A stretch of DNA of 64,000 nt from Isurus oxyrinchus. Taxonomy: Eukaryota. The DNA is taken from assembly GCA_026770705.1 (NCBI GenBank), contig JANJGN010000065.1, positions 744,001 to 808,000 of the forward strand, in the 5' to 3' direction. The notes below the pieces were generated by a model that made no database searches, had not been told where the DNA came from, and worked only from the letters and a program-made list of their open reading frames with translations. Made by a program: the position numbers and the translations under genes. Numbering within the stretch: the first letter of the stretch is position 1; each line of letters opens with the position of its first letter. Shown here in pieces: positions 25,420-38,800 of the stretch.

Positions 25420-26020
25420 CTGTGTCTCTTGGAAGATAATTGCTGGTATTGTTTTCTAAGCATCTGTTGCCCTCGTTGTTCTATGATGGAGAAATGGTGG
25501 GTCTGGAAGATGTCGTCGACAGACAATTGGTGAATTGCTGCAGCGCTTCTTCTAGTTGGCTCACACTGCTGTTACTGTGCGATGGTTTTGGAAGAATTGA
25601 CTGCTTCAGCCCATCGATGGGTTGTCAAACTAACAGTTTTTTTTTTTCCCTCTGTGGTATTCCGTTACTCAATATTATTGGAGCAGCATTCATCCATGTA
25701 TAGATTTTATTTAATCACGCTCCTGATATGTGACATTTGTGTGGTGGGCAAGCATTTTGAAGTCAAGCCGTGGGTCAATACCTGCAGAGTTCCCATTCTC
25801 CAGCCTGAACCCATAGAGGAAGGATGCACATCACAAGCTCAGCTAAGGTTATTTTTAATGATAATCTCGAGAATGTTGGTGCTTTGGGTTACAGAATTGG
25901 GAGATCGTGGGGTCGTCTGTTGCTGGAGATGGGCATTGCCAGTCATTTATATAGCACGAAAGTTACCTGCAGTAACAAACACAAGCCAGGTTGTTAGCCA
26001 GTTTTTCATGCATGTTGACA
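25420..26020 (-). mobile_element. Inverted CR1-clade LINE fragment, highly degraded
   Basis: Resembles the reverse complement of a CR1 RT C-terminal region (gagcagcattcatccatgta...atcacgctcctga..., ctgcagagttcccattctccagcctg). Confidence 0.4.
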
Positions 26021-27539
26021 GTTCTTGAGGAACTGCGTTCCTGTAACCAGGCTTGATATCATCGAACTGCAGCATGCAGATGACAGATAGCCAGCGTGGG
26101 AGAGGTGGGGGTACGGTGGGAGGTGCACAGGGTAAGTCTACATTAATTGAAGGGCAAGAGCCAACTGCGTAGAAATGGACAGGCAATCCTTTGCAGGTTG
26201 CTCTCTAGCCAATATATGTCAAAACGAGTGGAACAAGGCAAGTGAAATTCTGCTCTACCTACCGAAAGGAGGGGACGCATTGTTAGAGAATGTTGTGGCC
26301 AATTTTTATCAAGTCTGCAGCTGGAGAAGAATGAGCAGATTTAGATTAGCAAAGCCTTTCTTTCAGAAGTCAGGTCATTTGTGTCCTTCAAAAGCGGTGC
26401 TCAAATTCTGTCTGCTGGCAATAACTGAATCCACGGAAATAAACATGAACTGTTCAGAAAGCTATTCACAGATTTGGAAGATTACAACCCATTTGAGGAC
26501 TATAAGAATGGAAGCGATTTTGGAGGTGTGACAATAGTTTGTCAGGGCAGACGGTGTGTTTGATGGAGAGGGGTGGTAATGTTTTTTTTTTAATTGAGAG
26601 TGCTGTCATAGCACCCAACGAGCGGGGCAGCATTAGCGGTATCAACATGAATGGGAGACACAAATGGAAATGGCTCCGTGATCAACTTAGTACAATAGGG
26701 TTGAAGGACCAGGAGGCAGGTGTCACTAATTTGCAGAGCTTGGTGGGCGCAAGCCAGGACCAGAACATCAGAAGACATCATGGCAAGAGTGACCTATTGG
26801 AAGATGGGTAATTGAAGAAATCAGACAAGCTTTCTCAACGGATCTCTCAAAGTTTGTGAGTTACAATAAGTGAGCTTCTGAGTTTTGCTATTGGAGGTGA
26901 CTATGGAGGAGGCACGTGGGCAGATTATGAAGCCGGATTTTGGTGGAGAACATAGGCTGGTTGTTATATTTGCATTCCCACATGGATGGATTTTGCAATA
27001 GCAGAGAGTTCCTGCGGTGCAAAGAAGGGAAACCATTCTGCTTTGAGTTATCCAATCAGATGTTGTTTTCGTTCAATAAATCGCCTGCCAATCCAAATCT
27101 GTAGCACTTAAATTAAATGAATTGGTGGTTAGTGTGTTTCAGTGGAACTATTGTGGTGGTAGTCGTAGCGGCGTGGTGGAGGTGGGAAGGTGAGGTGGCG
27201 GTGTTGGGTTGGGGGTACTACATTCCAGCACGACATTGGTGTTAGCTGCCTCAAAGCTTTCTTTGTTTGCTCCGTGTCAATTTTTTCCCTGAACAAATTG
27301 AGATGATTAACGTTTTCTCGCTTGAACACCAATTTCTTGTTCCTTTTCTTGATGCTGCTTCTTGTTTCTGGGTACTTGTTTTACCCTGTGTCTGTGTCTC
27401 GTGGTCCAGAAAATAAAGTTGCTTTGTACTTCAGTTTAAGAATTCTTATACATTTACCATCTGTGCCTAATCTCACTGTGCTGGCAAAGCAACTGAATTT
27501 TAGTGCTGTGTAAAGATTAGTGTACCTTTAAAGACTGGA

Positions 27540-28740
27540 TGTGCCCGGATAGATGAAGAAATGGTGATTTAGTTTAGGGCAAGAGAGAATCTCTTTCGAG
27601 TGAAACCATATCGCAGATTATCAAGGTGCGAAAACGTAGCCCTCCACTGAACTGGGAACATGCTACAATCTTGAAAACTTTCACCAACATTGCTCTCCGC
27701 ACATGCTTCAGACAGTCTTCTCAGAACACTAACAAGCCAAAACCAAACAACAGCTGAAAAAGGTTTTGGAGTGTTAAGCATCGAGTTAGCTGTAAAGATG
27801 TAGATGTTTGTTTTGTGAAGGAAGAAGAGAGATAGGAGGATGTAATGCTGGAATTCAGGATCTCCTCGGTGCAGTTCCTTGCAGAATGTGTGTAGACGAT
27901 ACTGTAGGAGGAGTTATGCATTAGGAATAATGTTTTACTACAGGAGTGGAGATAAGTGTGGAGACTGCACACAGCCATTTATGCCTGTGGGAGATTGCTG
28001 AAATACGCAGTGACTCCGGGGCAAAATGATTAGATGGGGTGGGCAAACATCTTCCAGTCACGACGACAGAAGAGAGGGCTTTGCATATTTATCCAGAAAA
28101 AGATTTCAAATGTTGGAATCGGGACACTTATGGTTTGTACGTACTACTTATCACCCACAGCAGTTATGGTATTTGGCATCGTGGTTACACTTGGTGTATG
28201 TCAGAATCAAAACTACATTTTGACCAAGGTTCAGCTCAAGCAAATTCCTGCCTGATGCTGAACAAGGAGTTGTAGAAAGTGAATAGACACCAGATTCAAT
28301 GGAGGAGACGGAAGTTATCAATGGCATTCTAGTGAAAGTGGACATAAGCTTAATTTGGCTTGTGAGGATTTCTAATGGTCTGGAAACGAAGGATTGTACC
28401 AGCATTATGCAGTATAAAAGTTGGATCCCTGGAAGTTACACAAAAACAACATGTCGTTTTTATAACTTTGCAATCATTGTTTCATAGTAGGAAATAAGAG
28501 GCAAAAGGAATGGAGATACCTCATGTTTCACCTGCGGGCCTCGGTAGCACATCTCTTGTGGAACAAGACATGACAGCGGGAATGAGGGTGAGGAGCAAAA
28601 CACTGCCTTCCTGATATATGATTCCTCAGTGCTGGGTCCTTTTGGATGAAAAAAGAGGAAGTGGTCAACATCACTTGTTAATGTACATCTGATTGGCAGA
28701 AATGGGACGGATTGCCAAAATAGTGAAGGGATCATAGAAA
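27540..28740 (+). mobile_element. Possible L1/Tx1-clade ORF1 end and ORF2 endonuclease remnant
   Basis: IRWGGQTSSSHDDRREGFAYLSRKRFQ resembles the L1/Tx1 EN block W.GQVF.S......RGVAIL..K.IPF; later WLVRISNGLETKDCT and KEWRY blocks. Weak. Confidence 0.35.
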
Positions 28741-29839
28741 TGTAAATAGGAATTCGGTAGTTTTATGTGGCTGTCAAATAATCGTGACTAGAAACTTCGA
28801 AGATGCTGTTAGTTGTCTGTAATGTAAAATCGTGCACGCATTTCAAACACACGGCAAACAGAATCCAGCCACTTACACTTCAAATTGGCAGGCACCGCAT
28901 TCATTTGCAATCATTGTGATTCTAAGCAGTCCTCTTTGTAGAGAAGAATACTTGGTTGTTTATCAAAACAGAGCATAAGTGTTGCTGAAAAAAAGAAACA
29001 AGCTGTTGAAGTGTATTTTTTTGGCTTGCAGTCAACATGACAGAATTTCAATATTACCCATTGTGATGAAAACAACAATTCGTATTGCATGAGATAAGAC
29101 TGCTGAATCGCTTCCAAGTGGACTCGGATTGGTTTAGACATGGCCGTGGGGCATCAAGTTTTTAAATCTTTGACCAATCAGAGTGACCAGCATGAGTTGA
29201 ATTTACCTGTTCCCTGGTGCATACACAATGACAACGCTTCTGCGAATCGGCATCAATTTGCAACTGTAGAATTATTCAAAGCGTGGGTCATTAACTGGAT
29301 TAGAATAGGTTATTTCGTCATTATCTTCATTGTTTCAATTGATTGAATGCTCGATACCATGGCACTCTCTCCATGTCTTTTTTATAATGCAATTGATTAC
29401 AAACACCTTTGCCAGAAGTCCACGTTTGAATCAATCCCATGAAGCATCCACACCTCCGACATTCCAAGAACAGTTTCTATAACAACTGACTTAGAAGGTG
29501 ACTGACAAAATTAAATGAACCCTCGTCATCCTACGCAGACCTATGTTCCAGATTTTAAATTGTGGAACACTCCGGCCTCTCTCAACTCCTTTGCCCTATA
29601 ATGTACCTGGATTGTACTTCCATCACTTGTTTCCATTATAAATGTTCCAATAGCACTCTAGAAACAAGCTGAAATCACTTCTCTCCCTGCTCCTGCACGA
29701 TATGTTTCTGTGCAGCCTGCAAAAATTCAATCAGTATTCAGTTTCTCATCTGCAAACAGTGCCTTGGTAATGTCATAGAAAAAATGTGCTTCAGTTTCCA
29801 CATGTGCACAGTGCACGCCTAATTCCTTCTCTCATCCAC

Positions 29840-30680
29840 ATGCCCTGTTCCTCACCGACCTTCAGTTAGCTATGCTGTTGTCTGACATTCAGAATTCGAG
29901 GAAAAGAATGTCTTCAGTCCACCTCAAAAGCTCTGCTCCATTACGACAATCTCCATGCTCCCTTCGGTATCTATGTGATCAACGACAACTTTGAAAGGGG
30001 TTGACCACACGAACATATATCCACCCTACCGCTATTCCCTTGGAAGCTCACCGATCTGCGACATTGTCAAAGTCTATCCCATGTTTGCACTTGTCTGATC
30101 CTGAAACTCCTATCCATTCGGTTTACATCACTAGGTCGTATTATTCTCGCTTATTTTTGTTACCCTCCCACAATCTGCTCGTAATAATCTTGAGACGACC
30201 TAAAACAATTGCAGCTCATGGCTTGGCTCACATCCAGTTCTCTTGATATTTAAGTCCTGCTTTCGATTAGCAACATCCATTCCAGATAAATCAAAGACTC
30301 GATTTAACATTTCTCTGTTGCCAGGTAACTCTGAGGCTTCTTCAAAACTCAATCTCAGTAATCTGCTCCAAGCCCAAGCCCTCTGACACCATTGTGCTTC
30401 TCAAGTACTAGCCAATTCTTTATTCCGGAATTTAATCGCTCTACTGTTGCCGATGGCTTCAGCTCTCAATTTCATTCCCTCAGTCAATGAACCAATTAGA
30501 ACGTGTCTTTGATTTATTGGATCACCTTAAAACCTAACTCTTGCCGACGCTATTTCTCATCCCTATGTTACCTTCCAGTGTGGCTCGGTGTCAAAGTGTA
30601 CTGTCGAATGTATTTTTCAAACTCTTGGGATGATTTGTTATCTTGAAGTCGCTATATATAAGCAACGTGTTGAGTTTATA
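29840..30680 (+). mobile_element. L2 LINE 3' fragment
   Basis: PCLHLSDPETPIHSVYITRSYYSRLFL (L2 AETLIHAFVTSRLDYSN block) and tail gaagtcgctatatataagcaacgtgttg. Confidence 0.6.
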
Positions 30681-32929
30681 AAACAATGACTTTATGAGCT
30701 CTTCATAGTTACATTGCACGTCATTATATAAATCTCTGATCGCGGTTCACAAATTCAGTATATTAGTTAACATCTGAATGACCTCAGATAAAGAGGGTAG
30801 AAACAACCCAGGGTACAGCAAAGGATCCTTGAAACCTTCCTGTTGATATTTCGAATTCAATTACAAAATTAAATCACCCAAGTAGAGTTACCACTGAAAT
30901 AAAATGAGACCTCGCGACGTTTTAGTACCAACACCATTGCAGGCTAAATGCAACATGCTTGCATCAATAATTAATTATTTTTGAAGTATTTCTCGTTGCC
31001 CATTTTATAATTTCACTGATTATGGGCCAAGAACTGAAGTGAGACACCTGACTTGAGCGGTCAAGTTTCAGCCAGCGTATCTTTCATTGAATACTTGCTA
31101 AATATGTGGGTCATTAAGAGAAATAGAGAAAACCGGTCCTTCATTGCTATCCTTGCTTCAGGTGAATGCTTGCTCGACCCCATGCCTCAGCCTCCGTGTT
31201 TTCCGAATGAAATCTAATGAAAATACTTTCATTGGAAGTATTTGACACTTCTTGTATGAGGCAGAACGTTCTGTGATTGTCGTTTGCTATTTGCCCACAT
31301 AAAGCGGAAAAGTCGTACAGCTTTCTCTGGAGAGAATTTATGTCATTACAACAGAGACTTAACTTGGTTGTTGCAACCTGTTTGCCCAGATTGAGTTAAA
31401 GAAAAGCTCAACTAAAAAGTACAGAAACCTCAAGCTTCCTGTACACATCCGTAGGGTATACATTAATGGTTGTGGGAATTTACATTCAGAGATAGTGAGG
31501 TCTTGCAGAGCGAAATGACATTTCCTTTCGAGGCAAAATACATAGACCAATTGGCATTATTCTTAAAATATACTACATTATCCTTGCCATCATTGGTGTT
31601 CCTGGTAAGTTACTAAAACCATTGATGTTGTGGGAACATATCTGTGAGCTGGCCTCTGTTTTTTGTGTGCCAAATATAATCAAACCCTGATCTTCTGTGC
31701 AATGTAACATATCTAGATTTAGATATTTCTCTTTTTCAATCAGTTCTACTGAAGGAGCCTTCCCATGGTGTCTGAATTGTGGCGTTTTTATGCACTTAGT
31801 GACATGTTGCATGTAACTGACTCGGGACACTGTGTGGACGTATTTCTGGGAAAATGTATTCCAGGAATGTTCTGTCATGGTACAATTTCACTGGATCGTA
31901 TCGGTTGCAATTGATTGCCAAAGTTTTGCTCGGAAATATTTGGCACAAGTTATATCAAGTGAAATAATTTGAAATCGATGTCTGCTAATGAATGAGAAGA
32001 GAACAAACAGGTGAGAAGTGCTTAATGACGGGTACACAATATGACAGCATTTTCCCTGTGGTCAAGAGCCTGTACAATGATTGATTGCCTTTCTGTGTAC
32101 TATGAAAACAATGACTTTATGATGATTAAACCAATTACCCAACACTGCCCTAAGAATTGATAGGTCACCAACTTTGTTTTGGTGTCCTGCTGTTACTCCA
32201 CATGAGCAGTTTGCTGTCGATATGGAATATTCTGGACTATTCTACCTCTTCATCTGAATAAGGTGTGACAATCTACTTCTTGCTTGTGATTCATGCTCTC
32301 TAAACGTGCAACCTGCAACGATAACAACCCATAGATCAGTGGCGTGTCTCCCAGCGAGAATTGATACAGTTGAATAAAGAATATACTTACTGTGTTTTCA
32401 GTAGACAAGGCTCAGTCCCTGCCATTAAATAATGGCTTCACTAAACTGTCAGTAGTGCAATATATTGCGCACTGTTGCAATAATAATAATAATAACTTCA
32501 ATGCCTGTAACATTATAAATAGAACACTGACAACACTGATTAATTGACCCTCGAGTTATAGAAAATTAGTTTAGCTCTGAAACTGACTGTATGGTACAAC
32601 TTGGTGTCTCAGGTTCTGCTCTACCCACAACTAAGTCACATCTCACGACGCTCTAACTCAATCCACGGACCTAGTCCTGTTGGGTTTTATTCCTCATGCT
32701 TACACCTTATTGTCACGTAATTGCATCTAACATAATTTCCGTGAGAACTAAAATTGTACTCAGTTCCCTCTTCTAACAAATCCAAGGCAAGTAAATCTTC
32801 CGAGTTGTCTTTCAGGATTTAATACTGATTAAATTAAGTTTATGATACTCAGACAATGAACATTTTTTGAGTTTTCTTCCTGAATTATTATTGCTGTTTT
32901 TTTTTTTTCATATTACATGTCTATCTCCC

Positions 32930-34580
32930 TTCCACAGGTTCTGAACAGTAAGCAATTGCTTCAGTCATCCCATGCTTTCCTGAAACTGTGCCTAACCGTG
33001 GTCATTCTGAAACAGGTGCTGCAGAATAGAAGTTCCAGCAGATGTATGTATGCCCAATTTCGTGCATATATAATCATCCTGCTCATACAAAAGCTGACAA
33101 GCCTTACCTACCACACTGCTCCATTCAGCTGCCTGGACAATTTCTCTCCTCCAGGCCCACTTATTATATGGAAGAGGACTCATTTGGAAGTTATTATCCC
33201 AGTTCCCGTCATTGAACAGTTTTATGGAGCCTCATTTATCTTTCATCACTGCAGGGCTGGGAATAAGTTTAATTGCATGCCCCTGAATCTGATTCCGGCT
33301 CAGTGTCCCTGCTGCAAAGTGCAGATGTGTGAATTCGGGTACAGACACTGACACATTCCCATACTCGAAGGATGAAGATGCGGGAACACGTATAGGTCAT
33401 TTCTCTCTTGTGGTTCCATGAGAAATGTGTTCTTCCAATCCTGCTAAGGTTCCCGCATTCATTTTTTTCCCCTGGTAAATTGATAATTTGTTGGGACACT
33501 TTACTTTAAAGCAGCACTTGGATAGGTTAACCAATTTTCTTTCTAATTTACGTTCCTGCCTTGCCTTCAATAAGTCTATCACGGGCATTTGACTTTCTTA
33601 ACTCAACTTCACTGTCCTTGGTTTAAATCCTGGAATTCCCTCCCTAATAGCACAACGGGAGTACCTGCACCACAGAGACTGCGTCGTGTCAAGAATGCAG
33701 CACACCGCCACCTTCTCAAGGGCAAATAGGCAAGGGCAATAAATGCTGCCCCAGCCAAAAAGCCAGAAAGAAATGAAGCAGAAAAGAAAATTACACTGCT
33801 GAAGACGAGATTTATAATACCAACAAATTGTGAGGCTACTTGATAGAATATTATGCACTGCTAAATTCTTTCCAAGCGTACCTCTTTCCCTTGCACAGTT
33901 TCTGAATCGTGATTCATTCGTCATTCATCGGCTTCATTCCCCACACTGTGCCTTACATTCTTAACTACGAGATAGGTGCTGAGCCCAGAAGCTTGTTCAC
34001 TGAACAGTCTGCCAGATTTTCGGGCAAATATTCAAAAGCTGACATTCCTCAAGCTAACCTCGGACGGGACTATATCTGAACAAAAGCTGTAGTCCTTGGC
34101 CTGACACTTTCCCATAGCAATCCTGTGTCCGCCTGCTCCAAATGACTCACGTGGAAGTTATTATCAACTTACAGTCACTGACTAATTTTAATTTTTCTCT
34201 TTCATTATTGTACGGCTGAGAATAAATCCGAATGCATGTTCCTGATTCTGATCCCTGCGCAGTGATCATGCTGCAAATTCCAAACGTGTGAACTTCGGGT
34301 GTGAACAGTGACACATATGCACACTCGACGGATGAAGATATGGGAATCCCTGGAGTTTATTGCTGCCCTGCGCTTTCCTGAAATCTGTGTGGAAATCTTA
34401 CCTCCCAATCGTACACAAGTCTCCACATTCATGTTTTCATTTTATTCCCTGGAAAATTAGTAGGTTGTTTGGTCACTCGCCTATGTTATTTCTGCACTGG
34501 CGAACATAATCAACTTTGCTTTTACCTTACAGTCCTGCTTCATCTTCAAAAATTCCATCACTGGCATTTTAATTTCTGAA
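32930..34580 (+). repeat. Old tandem duplication of a ~0.7 kb unit (32930-33600 and 33890-34580) separated by a CR1-tail fragment
   Basis: Collinear blocks such as ctgaatctgattccggctcagtgtccctgctgcaaagtgcagatgtgtgaattcgggt vs ctgattctgatccctgcgcagtgatcatgctgcaaattccaaacgtgtgaacttcgggt, and actcgaaggatgaagatgcggga vs actcgacggatgaagatatggga. Confidence 0.75.
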
Positions 34581-34599
34581 CTCGATTTAATTAATGGAG

Positions 34600-35880
34600 A
34601 TTATCTGTCAAATTATATCTACTGTAATCCGAACCAAATATAACTGATTCTTCAATTATGTATCCCCCTACCATTTCGCCTGTGAAGCCTTAGTTTGTTT
34701 CCTTCAATTGCTCCTGTGCTGTTACATTTGTGCCGATGATATGACCCGCCAGTCCAGTCCATCTCAAATGCTTTTATTTACACTCACCGAAGGATTCCCT
34801 TTCACGGTTGTTTTCAGGATGTCGAATGAGTTCATCGCTATTCCTGGGCTATTGCTTTCAGCAAATCTTTCCAGAACAATGTCAGGGCTCACCATGTCCT
34901 CATTTTCCATTGCACCTTCTCCAGTGCTGTCATCTTGCAGTCACCTCCCCCTGAGACCACCAGCAAAATTATCATCTACTCATATCCTATAAAATTCAAC
35001 ACCTCGCGACAGGCTGATCCATTTTAAATAATCCCATCCTTCAATTATTTTCTCGGCACCTTACTATAGAGGCATAGAAGATGGAACACCTCTCCTTTCA
35101 ACTCCATACTCACCACTGACCAGATCTCCCCACATCCTGTTAGGGGATGCAGAAATTTACTCGCCTTTAAATTGTGTATAATAACTCATGCTCCATGATG
35201 CGGTACAATGGACATGAATTAAAGCAGATTGACTGAATGCTTTGCTGAACACGCCTTGCCTACCCACTATTGTGACTATCAGCTTTTGGTGGTATTCCAG
35301 TTTGATAATCTTTCCTGATTCCAATCTGACTGGACGGGCTAGGCATTTCCATTCTTTGGTGTAATGAGGAACAACAGCGAGGTTTTTTGCTTAGTCATTT
35401 TATTGCATGCTGAACAGTATTTTAAATCTTTGCAGAATTAATCATCATTTGCAAAGAGAATGTAGGGGAAACGAATTTTTGTTTCATCAAATGCACTGGA
35501 GTTTGCAAATGCTTCCGGGATTTCCCTCTCGGTCCAGGGCCAACGGGAATGTGCGAGCATCAAGGGTTTATCCCGCTTCCCCTTCATCATTTACATTCCC
35601 GGACCACACTAAATTTATCTCCCTGGAAAGATTTTCTGTTGGTCGCTTCCAAATTGTTGTTTCCCTTTAATTGTTCCTCCACCTCCCTCCCGCCCCACTG
35701 CCCTCTGGGTCTATAATTCTTTTCAAGCCTTTCTATGACTAATCGCATCCTTTTCTGATGAAAAGTTAAAACCTTGAAACATTTACTCTGTTTCATTCCT
35801 TCCACAGATGATGTATGGCCTTTTATGTGTCATCACATTTTCTGCTCTTGTTATTTTATCACAATTACAGATGTTTAAGT
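34600..35880 (+). mobile_element. Penelope-like element remnant
   Basis: GFPFTVV block (~34790), decayed GIY-YIG region ending ECFAEH (~35170-35255), and a terminal repeat ctgatgaaaagttaaaaccttgaaacatttactctgtttc...ccacagatg. Confidence 0.5.
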
Positions 35881-38800
35881 ACATTCTTTCTCAAATGCTT
35901 TGGCAAGAATATTAAGAATGTCCCTTACATAGACTTTTGTGTTTCAGACGGAAAGTTTTGGTGTCTATATATTAAGGGTAAATTTAACTATTCAGAGTTA
36001 TTTGTCTGCCCTTGAAACTTTTCCTGATGAAATCTCAGCAAAACTAACAGTTCGAGCTCTGGGTGGGAAGTATTCTGCAACCAGCGCCAGGGCCAGTTGG
36101 CTCTGAAAAATGTTGAACGGAGGCATGGGGCCATGCCAATTCCGAGAGGTTCGGAACCTCGACCCGAGATAGGCTACTGTCCAATCGTGGGGGGTTATCA
36201 GTTCCGAACACCAGTGTGTTTCTCCGAGTCCGGGTCCCACTGTTTGAAATCCGACATCGAAAGGGGAGAGTAGCTGCAAGTTATGTACATGCCTATGCGA
36301 GGTGGCATCGTCAAGTTCTGCAGTCGTATAATCAATAATCCTGTTTTGGCTTTGCCCACTCTTCCTACAGGAGATGTATACAGTTCCATTCCATAGTGGA
36401 CGCCTGGTCCCTAGCACAAGTGGCGTGCGGTGTACAAGTTGGTACTAATGACCTGCCTCAGTGGAGCAGCTTTCAATTACTGCCTCAGTCTCTAGCTTGT
36501 GGTCGCAATGACATGCACTGTATATGTATGATAAGTTTGGGATCAGATGATAATACCTGGCATAAACTTTCCAAACAGGGATCTGTGAGAACATTAAGTG
36601 GAAATGTCGCTGTAGCGTTTGAGAATATAATATTCTAGCTTCTGACTCTGCCAGATTCCACACTCTTTTACTACACTCCCTCCCTTTTAATTTTAAACTC
36701 AAGGTTTTATAGCCATGCCTTAGCCACGGAGAATTTTAGGTAAATAATTACTAGCCATTTTCCCTTCTCTCTTTTACTGTAAATTAGTGTTGTTTCTGAT
36801 CCTCACTCGACATGCACCACTCGCTACCTGGAAGCAATGGCAGCGGTGGATGTACTACTCCTTATCACTGAAGGCATACTATATCAGATCAAACGATATT
36901 GTTTTCCAGTATCTTTTCATGAAATCACGCCTGTGTGTTCCAGAACATATGGCCTGATGTGTGCTGCAGCAGATCTTTCCGTCTGCTTCACCGTGACTTT
37001 CACCTTTGATCGATTTTTGACCATTTGTTGCCAGAGGCTGAAAAATAAATACTGCACTGAGAAAAATGCGGTGGTGGTGTTAGTAACGACAACCATGCTG
37101 TTCTGTTTCAAAAACATTCCTGTCTACTTTACGTTTGGACATGGGGAGTTTATCGAAGATTTATCATGGTTCTGTCGTTTGAAGAAAAGCTATTACACTG
37201 AACCTGAATGAGCTTTGTCTGGATTGATACAATATTCAGCCCATTGCTGCCATTTGCTTTAATTCTGTTCCTCAATGTTCTGACAGGCAGACGTTATAGT
37301 GTCCAGTCGAGTCACTAAGGGGCTGAGGGTTCAGGGAAAGAATTGCAATGACCCTGAGATGGAAAGCAGAATCAAATCTGTGGTTTTAATCTTCAGCTTG
37401 GGTGGAAGCTTCATTCTTCTGTGGTTCACGTTATTAATAGAATTCCTGTATCATAGCATTTCAGGCATATTTTACAGCCATTACAGTGATTCTTCAGAAA
37501 TATTTAAAACTGTTGGATGTATGCTGCGGAATATAAGTTGCTGCATAAACACAATTATTTCTGCAGTTACACAGTCCAAATTCAGAGGACTGTTAAGAAA
37601 GGTGGTGAAATATTCAGTTACATCTCTCATGCAAATGAGTATGAAAGCAAGGACCTGAGAGCAGTCAGCTTGGTGTCTGCTGTTCGTAATCCATTAATGT
37701 AACATTTGCACTCGTAGTTTCATCAACTGTTTTACAGCAGAATACAGTGCAGGCCTCAAAGCAGCAGACCCTCTAGCCTAATAACCCCGCACTCCCACCC
37801 GCAACGTACCCGCCTTGTCCCCCCACCCCCCAGATCAATCACCCACGCTCACAGCCAACACAGCCACTTTCAGTTTCTTCGCGAATTGGAATCATTCTCT
37901 CTAAATTCATTCATCAGTGGCTGTTGACTCCAAACTTCTTCCAGGCAACTGCCTGAGGCTGAAACGTTCGTTTCACATTTTCGCATCTGAAGCCTACCTG
38001 GACCTGTCAAGTCCTGATGCCTCCATTAGTGTACAGCTAACACAAAGCAAGAGAAGTGATAACAAGTTTAGTGGAGGGTGTCGGGAGCATCCTAGTTCTG
38101 ACAATTGGCCGCATTTAACATTGGCAGTGGGTTTGGATTTAGAAACCATAATAAAACTTAAAAAAAAAGAGAACTGGAAATTTCATAATTTTCAAATGAT
38201 AGGCAATTTGGAAGTTTGGGAAAGAGTTGATATATTGCTAATCGATTACAGCAGGGCAGCAATTGTTTTGCAGAATTGGAAGATGATTGGCAGTCCGAAT
38301 TTAATATATATACATTTGAGGCTTTGCATTTTATAAGAAAGTATAGGAAAATGAATTACATACTTAATGCATAACTCTACGGAAGGCACAATAACTTAAG
38401 GGCCTACTTGTTAATGTGTATTGATCTGTAAATGTGGTAGTTAATTATTAAACACCATTTACTTTTATTCCTGTTTGATTATGGATTAACATTACAATGG
38501 CTGTACTTCGAAATTCAGGGCTACTGGAACAGTGTGAGGGCTGTTATGCAAATTTGCTGTCCTGTAACACTTTGCCATGAAAGACAGCGTAGTTCGAGGA
38601 GGAGTCTGTCCTAACGGAGAATTGCTTGGCCACACCTGAACGTGTGAACAGCGCTTTTTCTCTTCTGTGAGAGCAGTACAGTATTAAAATATAAATACCT
38701 GGCATGAAAAGGAAAATACCTAAAACCTATTTTTATGCTGTGCGTGTAAGATTCCAATGATTATTCAGTAATACCTAATTGCTTTCCCCCCTCATATCTC

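Larger units (their letters stand above)
31538..37658 (+). pseudogene. Two-exon GPR139/GPR142-like GPCR pseudogene (exon 1 31538-31604, exon 2 ~36780-37658)
   Basis: Exon 1 reads ATA(lost ATG)-HRPIGIILKIYYIILAIIGVP with a phase-1 GTAAGT donor at 31605. The exon 2 acceptor appears mutated (ttttacTG). Exon 2 reads TCTTRYLEAMAAVDVLLLITEGILY, FTVTFTFDRFLTICCQRLKNKYCTEK, a premature TGA at 37209-37211, LLPFALILFLN, NDPEMESRIKSVVL and SCCINTIISAVTQSKFR; stop 37656-37658. Confidence 0.85.

Noticed and set aside
32917-33351. 144-aa ORF or possible Ig-like exon (DEDAG / GVYCC-like words in the duplicated unit)
   Set aside because: The frame is not conserved between the two copies and the Ig Cys/Trp spacing is absent.
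35998-36640. GC-richer segment with several ORFs inside the receptor intron
   Set aside because: No motif I can assign; probably an unclassified repeat fragment.
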